Of a stretch of 64,000 bases of DNA, positions 57,228 through 64,000 are shown in pieces. The DNA is taken from positions 5,739-69,738 of the forward strand of contig CAZPLU010000007.1 of assembly GCA_964587625.1 (NCBI GenBank), written 5' to 3'. Numbering within the stretch: position 1 is the first letter of the stretch; every line of letters starts with the position of its first letter. The notes under the pieces were generated by a model that saw nothing but the letters and a program-made list of their open reading frames with translations, was not told the origin of the DNA and made no database searches. Source of the stretch: an uncultured Eubacteriales bacterium (GTDB lineage: Bacteria; Bacillota; Clostridia; Oscillospirales; JAKOTC01). The position numbers and the translations under genes are program-made.

Positions 57228-57420
57228 TTAACGCATCGGATGCGGCTCATTGATACCATTATGCGCCCTGTACAGCGCGGCATAAATCCCGGCGGACAGC
57301 GGATCGCTGAATACGGTTTCAAATCCGAAGATCTCATGATACCATGCCGCCGCCGCGTCAAAATCCGAGACGGGCAAATAAGCATATCCGCTTGACAGAT
57401 TGATCGAATTTTCTTTTATG
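57228..57420 (-). pseudogene. Possible glyoxalase/VOC-family fragment (N-terminal half only, no canonical start)
   Basis: YAYLPVSDFDAAAAWYHEIFGFETVF resembles the first beta-alpha-beta-beta-beta module of a VOC domain. The reading frame ends after about 60 aa. No ATG/GTG/TTG lies between the upstream stop (57421) and the conserved block. Confidence 0.3.
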
Positions 57421-57855
57421 CTATAACAGCTCCCTAATCTCAAATGTTTCGCGCGAACCGGGATAATACCGGCCTTTTTCGGCAGTGAATTTAAAAACGC
57501 AGTAATCGTCGTCGGTGACGCCCTTGGGGTAATAGCACTCAAAGCCCTCGCGCCATAAAAGCTCTTTATGATAAGAATCGGTGCAGACCTGCATCGTGCC
57601 GGTCAGCATCAACCCGTGATACGCCGGTTCATCGCAGTAATAAATACACGCTTTCGGGTTCTTCATAAACTGAGCAACCCTCTTTGACGAAACATTGGTC
57701 GAAAAATAGTGGATGCCTAACCCATCACGTTGTAATGACAACATGGCCTTGGTGTTGGGGTATCCGTTTTCGTCCACCGACGAAACATAGACGTTTTTCG
57801 CGTTTTCCACCAGCGCGTTGATTTCTTTTTTTATCAGTCCGGTCATTTTATTCAC
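57421..57855 (-). CDS. Pyridoxamine 5'-phosphate oxidase-like FMN-binding split-barrel protein
   Basis: 144 aa. VYVSSVDENGYPNTKAM...ACIYYCD...GLMLTGTM pattern. Confidence 0.7.
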   Translation of the reverse strand: MNKMTGLIKKEINALVENAKNVYVSSVDENGYPNTKAMLSLQRDGLGIHYFSTNVSSKRVAQFMKNPKACIYYCDEPAYHGLMLTGTMQVCTDSYHKELLWREGFECYYPKGVTDDDYCVFKFTAEKGRYYPGSRETFEIRELL

Positions 57856-58423
57856 CCGCCAATTTTTTCATCGGCTCGCCCCATTTTGCGACGGCGTGCC
57901 CGTCCCACGAAAAATAGGTGCCGCCCACGGTGCAGGCCGGGCGGAGCATGCGGAGTTTTTCCTCGAACGAAACCGAATCGTCACACAGCGCCTCGTCGGC
58001 CAATATATTGCGGATCTTGCACAGATAGACATCGACCCCGCCGTCCTTGAAGGTCTTATCGACCTCCAGCTCGAACGTCCACGGGCATTTTTCCAGTACC
58101 GGGACCGCCAGCGCTCGGCCTTTTTCCACGCCGGCGCCGATCTTCATCTTGTCCGCGTCATAGCCCGATGTGCAGCCGAAATAATCGGCCATAGGCAATA
58201 AATCCTCGGTCACGAGCCCCATCGAAAAGACCCCGTTTCTGCGGATGTTGTCGCGCGTGCGCTTGTCCTCGCAGATCGCGGCCATCACGCCCAAATTCTC
58301 GCCCCAATAATAACTCACCCAGCAAAACAGCCCGAAATCCGGCGTGCCGTCGCCGTTGTATGTGCCGTAGACGAACAGCGTCTGCGGGCAGAACCCGTTG
58401 GAAATACCCATTGATTTTTTCAT
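57848..58423 (-). CDS. Flavin reductase-like domain protein (paralog 1)
   Basis: MKKSMG...LFVYGTYNGDGTPDFGLFCWVSYYW... Start chosen by alignment with the paralog. Confidence 0.65.
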   Translation of the reverse strand: MKKSMGISNGFCPQTLFVYGTYNGDGTPDFGLFCWVSYYWGENLGVMAAICEDKRTRDNIRRNGVFSMGLVTEDLLPMADYFGCTSGYDADKMKIGAGVEKGRALAVPVLEKCPWTFELEVDKTFKDGGVDVYLCKIRNILADEALCDDSVSFEEKLRMLRPACTVGGTYFSWDGHAVAKWGEPMKKLAGE

Positions 58424-58489
58424 AAAAATGACCGCCCTTTCACGCGCGAACATGACCGCGCCTTAAACAATTGTTCGGTGGCATCTGCT

Positions 58490-59080
58490 CTATTTTTCCC
58501 CATCCCGGTCCATATGGACTTTTTTCATCGGTTCACCAAAAGAACCGGCCGCGGTGCCGTCCCATCTGAAATAACATTGACGGACCGATTGCATGGGCCG
58601 GATCCGATTCATCCACTGTTCGACATCTCGGGGCTCGTCCGAGATGGATTCCTCGGCGAGAACATTTCTGACCTTGCAAAAAAACACCTCGCTGCCCTCC
58701 AGTTCAAGAGAGCGTCCGACTTCCAACTCATAAATCCACGGGCTTTTTGCAAGAACCGGGACGTCGAGAACCCGTCCTTTTTCCGTTTCGACCGGAACAC
58801 GCATTTTATCCTTTTGATACCCCGGCGTGTTCCCGAAATAGTCGGCAAGCGGCAGTAATTCCTCCGTGACGAGGTTGGCGGAAAAGACCCGATTCGCCCG
58901 GATCCGGTCTTTGGTCAGTTTTTCGCCGCCGATACAGGCCATTACGCATGTCTCTGTGTCAAAACAATAACTGAGCCAGGAAAACAGCCCGAAATTGGGT
59001 GTTTTGTCCTCTTTGTAGGTGCCGTAAAGAAACAGCGTCAGGGGGCTGAAATGCCTGATCAAAGGCAATGATTTTTTCAT
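58490..59080 (-). CDS. Flavin reductase-like domain protein (paralog 2)
   Basis: MKKSLPL...LFLYGTYKEDKTPNFGLFSWLSYC... Collinear with 57848..58423, with roughly half the residues shared by eye. Confidence 0.65.
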   Translation of the reverse strand: MKKSLPLIRHFSPLTLFLYGTYKEDKTPNFGLFSWLSYCFDTETCVMACIGGEKLTKDRIRANRVFSANLVTEELLPLADYFGNTPGYQKDKMRVPVETEKGRVLDVPVLAKSPWIYELEVGRSLELEGSEVFFCKVRNVLAEESISDEPRDVEQWMNRIRPMQSVRQCYFRWDGTAAGSFGEPMKKVHMDRDGEK

Positions 59081-59110
59081 AAGAATCACCGCTTTTTCAG
59101 ATACGGCGGC

Positions 59111-59332
59111 TCAATCAGCCGTTCGCAGCAACTCCAGCGCCCTTTTGTAGAGCGTGTCGAATTCGCAGCCGCAACTTCCGCAGTCGATGTCCGCCTGTTC
59201 GACGGCTTTTAGCAATGCCGCCGTTTCGGCCGACCCGCCGGAGGCCAGCCACTTTTCCGAGGGCGCGGCGATCAGCTCCCACCCCGACCCCGCGAATTTT
59301 TCGACGATTTTCACCAGTTCCGTGTTTGCCAT
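59111..59332 (-). CDS. Small hypothetical protein with CGSCGC motif
   Basis: 73 aa from the ATG at 59332, after ggagga. No family recognised. Confidence 0.4.
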   Translation of the reverse strand: MANTELVKIVEKFAGSGWELIAAPSEKWLASGGSAETAALLKAVEQADIDCGSCGCEFDTLYKRALELLRTAD

Positions 59333-59352
59333 TTTCGATTCCTCCACTTTTA

Positions 59353-59805
59353 TCAATTTTGTTCGGACAACTGTTTGAGCAACGCATCGATCCTGCCCGT
59401 TCTGGTCTCTTCCTTTTTCGCAATCCCGATATGATTGATCTGTTCGCGTTTGCTGTAATCCGGCTGTTTTAAAAACCGTTCCAGTGCGCCCGCCTCCTTT
59501 AACGCCTTTTCGACATCGGCGGGAATGACGATTTCCCGCTTTTTCGCGTCTTTTTCCAAAGTCACGTGCACGCTGTCGCCGGGGTTCTTGCCGACCGCCC
59601 GCCTGATGAATTCGTTATAAACCAGATAATGCCCGTTTTTCGAGGGCAGCAGCGTGTGGTCGAAGGCATGCCCATCCACCGTGATGCAAACCGGGATATT
59701 GCCCTTGGAACCGAAATGCTCCGTCGCCGAATAGGGAAAATAGAATACGCTCCACTTGATTTTACCCTCGAGTTGTTTGATTTCGCTGTCAAATTCGAAT
59801 CTCAT
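59353..59805 (-). CDS. DUF1905 / YdeI-OmpD-associated family protein
   Basis: MRFEFDSEIKQLEGKIKWSVFYFP...GNIPVCITVDGHAF plus a C-terminal bacteriocin-protection-like tail (PDYSKREQINHIGIAKKEETR). Confidence 0.7.
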   Translation of the reverse strand: MRFEFDSEIKQLEGKIKWSVFYFPYSATEHFGSKGNIPVCITVDGHAFDHTLLPSKNGHYLVYNEFIRRAVGKNPGDSVHVTLEKDAKKREIVIPADVEKALKEAGALERFLKQPDYSKREQINHIGIAKKEETRTGRIDALLKQLSEQN

Positions 59806-59816
59806 GCGATCACCCC

Positions 59817-60233
59817 TCAAATCAGATTTTCTGTTTCGTTCAGATTTTTGATAATCCGCCGCAGGGTGTTTTCAAACGCGGTGATCTCATCGTCCGAAAA
59901 CCCCGCGTAATAGATTTCACTCATCTCGCGGGAGACCTTGTCGTAGGCCTCGTTCAATTCATGCGCCTTTTCGGTGAGAAAAATGCGGATCTGCCGCCGG
60001 TCCGACTTGTCCGCGGCCCGTTCGATCAGGCCCGCATTTTCCATCCTGTCGAGCATGCCCGTCAGGGTCGTTTTCGCAAGACCTGTCTGTTTAGAAAGTT
60101 GTGCGATCGGGATGCCGTCACGCTGCCACAACACATATAAAATCCGCCCCTGCGCCCCGTTGAACGCGTCCACCCCGGCGTCCGCGAGGAGTTTATCAAA
60201 GATTCTGCCGCTGATCTGCTTGATCTGCGACAT
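59817..60233 (-). CDS. MarR-family transcriptional regulator
   Basis: wHTH region IAQLSKQTGLAKTTLTGMLDRMENAGLIERAADKSDRRQ. Start trimmed to the ATG at 60233. Confidence 0.8.
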   Translation of the reverse strand: MSQIKQISGRIFDKLLADAGVDAFNGAQGRILYVLWQRDGIPIAQLSKQTGLAKTTLTGMLDRMENAGLIERAADKSDRRQIRIFLTEKAHELNEAYDKVSREMSEIYYAGFSDDEITAFENTLRRIIKNLNETENLI

Positions 60234-60351
60234 TAAAAAGCCCCCCTGCGTCTGACCGGTCACCTCTCCGCCCACCTTCCTATAAAGGATATTACTATAT
60301 AGAACCATTTTTGTCAAGCATAAAAGATAAAATTTTTATGCGTTTTTAAAA

Positions 60352-61311
60352 TCAGCTTCTACCCCGAACCCGTTCCTTTAACTGCTTCATCACGGCGAGA
60401 TCCTCGGCGAAAATCTCGCCGTTGCGCCAAATAAACAGGTTGAAGGTCACCGCCCCGCCGACGTCCGTAAACCGTTTCAAAAACGCCTCGACGCTCTGGA
60501 CATCGGGCGCGGGCCAGTCCAAGTCGCGGGTGTGCATCTGCAGCCCCCACTCCCCGCAGCGCGCCTCCAGCATATAATCCGGGTGCCAGTCGACGAAGTT
60601 ATACCACGGCAGGCCGCTTTTCGGCGTGAGTTCTTTCCCGAATTCGCCGCCCCGGGGGATGTAGTTCAGCCGAACCCCCTCGCCCGACCAAAAATCCTGA
60701 AACTCGGTGTAGGTCTGATAGACCTCAATCGAGGTGTTGTAGGTGACGAGCCGTCCGGGGTTCCCTTGTTTGGCGCGCCTTGTCATCTCTCCGAACGGGA
60801 AATCCTTGAATTCGTTAAACCCGATGTCGAACCAAAACGCGATCACCTTTTTGCCGTATCGCTCGGCCAGACAGCCGATGATGTCGAGCACATTTTTAAT
60901 GTATTCCTCGGGTTTGCCGCGGTCGGGGCAGGCCTTGGCGATCCAGTCCTTGTCCCAGTGCAGGCCGAAGTTATAATATAAAATCATCGGAATGCCGTGT
61001 TTTTCAAGCGCGTTTGCGATGTCCATGATCAGATCGCGCTTGCAGGTTCGGCCCTCGATGATGCGATCGAGAGCCGGGTTCGGGCAGGGCATTTGTTGGA
61101 GGATATGACAGGTCGGAAACAGCACATGCGCCGCCCCGCACGCGACGACCTGCGACACAAACAAATCGACGTCGAAATCGTTGACCGCGTCCTCGAAATC
61201 GGTCAGTTCCCCGGTCTTCGGGGCCGTCCAGGTGGTCCAGTGGAACCCCACGCCGTATTTTCCGTCTCTCAGCGGCGCGAAATCCGCTCTTTGATAGGTT
61301 GAATCGTTCAT
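60352..61311 (-). CDS. Hypothetical glycoside-hydrolase-like protein (GH29 alpha-L-fucosidase-like fold candidate)
   Basis: YGVGFHWTTW...AAHVLFPTCH...CKRDLIMDIANALEKHGIPMILYYNF loosely resembles the GH29 catalytic-domain layout. ATG at 61311 after aagggga. The track ORF extends to 61461 and would add a TM helix. Confidence 0.4.
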   Translation of the reverse strand: MNDSTYQRADFAPLRDGKYGVGFHWTTWTAPKTGELTDFEDAVNDFDVDLFVSQVVACGAAHVLFPTCHILQQMPCPNPALDRIIEGRTCKRDLIMDIANALEKHGIPMILYYNFGLHWDKDWIAKACPDRGKPEEYIKNVLDIIGCLAERYGKKVIAFWFDIGFNEFKDFPFGEMTRRAKQGNPGRLVTYNTSIEVYQTYTEFQDFWSGEGVRLNYIPRGGEFGKELTPKSGLPWYNFVDWHPDYMLEARCGEWGLQMHTRDLDWPAPDVQSVEAFLKRFTDVGGAVTFNLFIWRNGEIFAEDLAVMKQLKERVRGRS

Positions 61312-61560
61312 TTTATTCCGTCCCCTTGTTGGTTTTTCTTTTTTCATCCAAACGAGCAAATACAGAGCGCCGATCAAAAACGCGGGAACGGAGATGATGA
61401 AACTCCGCGAAAGGGCGATATACCACGGGATTTCCGCGCTAAATGCGTGGAATGTCACCAATCCGACGTATAAAATCCCCGCGCCGACGATTTCCCTTTT
61501 CCATGCGTATTGTTTATGCCTTCATACTCCTTAACTAAAACCTTACCGGTTTCAAACGCC

Positions 61561-62658
61561 TTAATAATCCCGTATCTCCCTTGGATTTGTATCCCGCTTA
61601 CTGAGTTCCGGCGACCAATACCTTACCCACTCATTTGTCTCTTGATAATCCGGGTGGTCGGGGTTCATCATAATCTCGCGGAAATCCAAAAACCCGCTCA
61701 CACCGCCAACATCCTCGGGCGGGGTTTGCCCGCTCGCTTCTGACAAATAGGGCGAAGGTTTATCGTAATCTTCGATCACGCGCACCAGTTTTATTTCATG
61801 CTCCCATCTATCTCCGAAATCATATGTGTATAACATCTTTTTATGCTTCGGTAAAATCTCAGACAGAATATGCCCCCTCATTAAGATTTCATTCTCCGCG
61901 TAATCGAGGTCTTCATTAAAAGGCACAAGTTCAACCGCCGGTTTGCCGTTGCTGCCAAAAACGGTAAAACGATAAAGATGGCGATTACGCCAATTAAAAA
62001 TTTCTTGCAGCACTTTGTGCAACCGTTCAAATTCCAAACTCTCAGGCACGATAATTTTTCGTACCGCTTTATAAATTTTTAAATCAAGCGTCACTGATAA
62101 TTCAAAAGCGCGATATTTATAGGCCTGCTTCCCTGTGAGCGCGCACAGTTCGGCGATCATTTTTTCGCGGGGGAAAAAGCAGTTATCGGTCGAACGGTTG
62201 ACCGGAATATTATTTACAAAAGCGCCCATCGTATCACAAAACATTTTATCGACACCGTTGTAATCATATGCCACTCGGTCTGCACTGTATTGCCCCGCTT
62301 TTGTCACCCATGCCGATGCCGATCTGTTATGATTTTCCGTGAACTCGATTTCACCCGCCGAACGCATGTATTCTTCCACGATCTCGGGGTTTATGTTCGC
62401 ATATAAAAAGGTATTTGCAATGGCCTTTTTGATGATTTCCGCCGTGTTTTTCAAGTCCCTGCGTTTGAATTCATAAACAGCAACGGTAAAACGCGTGGCG
62501 TTGTTCACCAGCACGAGCATATCGTTCGCCCTGCGATTGTCCCAAACTTTTACCCAGTTCGCCGTCCAGCAAAACAGCGGATTGACCGCTTTGCGCGCGG
62601 ATTGGGGTTTTAGGTCCAAAGCGGCGGCGAATTTTTTCGTCAGTGCAATTTGCATCAT
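61561..62658 (-). CDS. pRiA4b ORF-3-like (PF07929-type) family protein
   Basis: C-terminal hallmark YTYDFGDRWEHEIKLVRVIE...PPEDVGGVSGFLDFREIMMNPDHPDYQE. Low GC relative to its neighbours. Start at the ATGATG at 62658/62655. Confidence 0.7.
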   Translation of the reverse strand: MMQIALTKKFAAALDLKPQSARKAVNPLFCWTANWVKVWDNRRANDMLVLVNNATRFTVAVYEFKRRDLKNTAEIIKKAIANTFLYANINPEIVEEYMRSAGEIEFTENHNRSASAWVTKAGQYSADRVAYDYNGVDKMFCDTMGAFVNNIPVNRSTDNCFFPREKMIAELCALTGKQAYKYRAFELSVTLDLKIYKAVRKIIVPESLEFERLHKVLQEIFNWRNRHLYRFTVFGSNGKPAVELVPFNEDLDYAENEILMRGHILSEILPKHKKMLYTYDFGDRWEHEIKLVRVIEDYDKPSPYLSEASGQTPPEDVGGVSGFLDFREIMMNPDHPDYQETNEWVRYWSPELSKRDTNPREIRDY

Positions 62659-62811
62659 GTTCTTCCCTTCGTCAGAATTCATAAAACCCATGCATGCCGC
62701 AACCATTATACTACAATCCGTTGAAATCAACAAATAAAATATCGTATTTTGGGCCCTGCCGTGGTATAATATGAAAAATGCTTTCCGCGATTACAATTTG
62801 GGAGGAAAACC

Positions 62812-63417
62812 ATGAATACCGTACTCTACATCAAAGCCAACGCGAAACCGGAAGGGCAATCGAGGACGTTCCGCATATCGGATGCGTTCATATCCGCGTA
62901 CCGCCAATTTCATCCCGAAGATCAAATCATCACGCTGGATTTATACAAAGAAGGCGTCGGCTTTTTGTCCGAGGACGACATCGGCGTCCTTTTCGGGCCC
63001 AAAACCGCCGAGAGCAGAAACCACCCGATTTTAAAGTACACCTATCAATTCCTGGAGGCGGATAAATACGTCGTCGCCGAACCGTTTTGGAATCTGAGCA
63101 TTCCCGCCGTTTTAAAGGCCTATATCGACTATATCTGCGTAACCGGCGTCACGTTCAAATATACCGAACAGGGCGCGGTCGGCCTGTGTATGGGGAAAAA
63201 AGCGATTCATATTTGCGCGCGGGGCGGCGAGTATTCCGCGGAACCGTATTCGGCTTTCGAAATGGGCGACCGTTATCTGCGCACCATCTTCGGCTTTTTG
63301 GGGATCACCGATTTCACCACCGTCTCGGCGGACGGGCTGGACATCGAGGGCACCGACGTTGAGGCGATTGTGAAAAACGCCGTCGCAGAGGCGATAGAAG
63401 AAGCCAAACGTTTTTAA
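62812..63417 (+). CDS. azoR: FMN-dependent NADH-azoreductase
   Basis: 201 aa. MNTVLYIKANAKPEGQSRTF...PFWNLSIPAVLKAYIDYI pattern typical of AzoR/AcpD. Confidence 0.85.
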   Translation: MNTVLYIKANAKPEGQSRTFRISDAFISAYRQFHPEDQIITLDLYKEGVGFLSEDDIGVLFGPKTAESRNHPILKYTYQFLEADKYVVAEPFWNLSIPAVLKAYIDYICVTGVTFKYTEQGAVGLCMGKKAIHICARGGEYSAEPYSAFEMGDRYLRTIFGFLGITDFTTVSADGLDIEGTDVEAIVKNAVAEAIEEAKRF

Positions 63418-63490
63418 AAAACCGGTTCCAAACCATAAAACCCCTTGCAATTAAAAACGCAGGGCTTATCGGAGTTTTTTGTTTTTAAAA

Positions 63491-63823
63491 TCAATGTGTA
63501 TAATCCAAGTATTTGATTTGTTCCGGCAAATCTTCCCGGATCAATTCTTTCATTTTTTTCGCAAACGGGCAGGGGTAACCGATCGGGTTGCCTTTTTGAA
63601 TACAGGAGGCAAAAACAATCGTATCAGCTCCTCTTTTTACAAGTTCGCGCGCCCGAAGCACCGCTTTTTTTCCGGGGCATCCGCCGCAATTGATAAAGCC
63701 CACGATTTCAATGTCTTCATTGATGCCCTCAAAGGCCCCTTTCTTTTCCCTTATCATTTTAAAATCAACCGTTCCGGGGCAATAATCCTCGGTTTGCATA
63801 CATCTGATGATTCCGACTTTCAT
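63491..63823 (-). CDS. CGGC domain-containing protein
   Basis: MKVGIIRC...GFINCGGCPGKK motif. ATG at 63823 after aaggag. Confidence 0.75.
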   Translation of the reverse strand: MKVGIIRCMQTEDYCPGTVDFKMIREKKGAFEGINEDIEIVGFINCGGCPGKKAVLRARELVKRGADTIVFASCIQKGNPIGYPCPFAKKMKELIREDLPEQIKYLDYTH

Positions 63824-64000
63824 CAATAACACTCCTTTTATCAAGTATTCCAAGGTCAAAACGTCTATCTTTCATCTCCGCTGAATTTATGTACTCGTTC
63901 TTTATAAAATATTTATTCGTTAACCTTCATCTTGAACGCGCACTCATAACTGCTCGATTCATATTGGTTTTCCGACTCGATATATTTTCCCTGTTTACCG

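Noticed and set aside
61312-61461. N-terminal TM-helix extension of the GH29-like ORF.
   Set aside because: An internal ATG at 61311 has a much better RBS (aagggga, 9 nt), and the conserved region starts just after it. The extension is retained only as an alternative.
63913-64000. Partial minus-strand ORF ending ...YECAFKMKVNE, stop at 63913-63915.
   Set aside because: Only about 28 codons are visible before the window edge. No family is recognisable, which is too little to call.

Overview
This is a 64-kb chromosomal window from a GC-rich, spore-forming Firmicute. It looks like class Clostridia, Oscillospiraceae/Ruminococcaceae-like, but that placement is inferred only from gene content and synteny. 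All calls rest on reading the ORF translations and the DNA by eye; no searches were run.

Core block (8.6-21.2 kb, all minus strand): ligA, yunB, a radical-SAM gene, rnc, plsX, trmFO, topA, dprA, a TrmH-family methyltransferase, and the infC-rpmI-rplT operon.

Flanking accessory genes:
- Glycan-degradation candidates: heparinase II/III-like, an (alpha/alpha)6-like hydrolase, a Cys-type sulfatase and a GH29-like protein.
- Two tandem 850-aa lipoprotein paralogs.
- A long-form Lhr helicase.
- Small redox/detox operons under MarR regulators.
- An IS256 remnant and several dispersed or tandem REP-like repeat families.

Most interesting observations:
1. A tight five-gene minus-strand operon (48988-56880) encodes an acyl-AMP ligase, a carrier protein, an ABC ATPase, a 1203-aa double-FtsX (MacB-type) permease with a roughly 380-aa coiled-coil hairpin, and a stand-alone condensation-domain enzyme. 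I cannot match it to a characterised pathway. It is my best candidate for an undescribed envelope acylation/export system.
2. A 453-bp duplication of the ligA 3' end brackets a roughly 2.2-kb integrase-less insert. The insert carries three tiny RBS-preceded ORFs and a DUF4143 AAA+ ATPase.
3. Ribosomal protein L20 carries a roughly 100-aa Ala/Lys/Pro-rich tail.
4. The lipoprotein paralogs share a 576-bp near-identical block, consistent with gene conversion.
5. A 186/187-bp tandem array of REP-like hairpin modules lies in the 3' region of a sleL/yaaH-like gene.
6. Heptad-periodic arrays occupy two housekeeping intergenic regions, one of them the slot where Firmicutes usually carry acpP.

No tRNA, rRNA or CRISPR array was seen.
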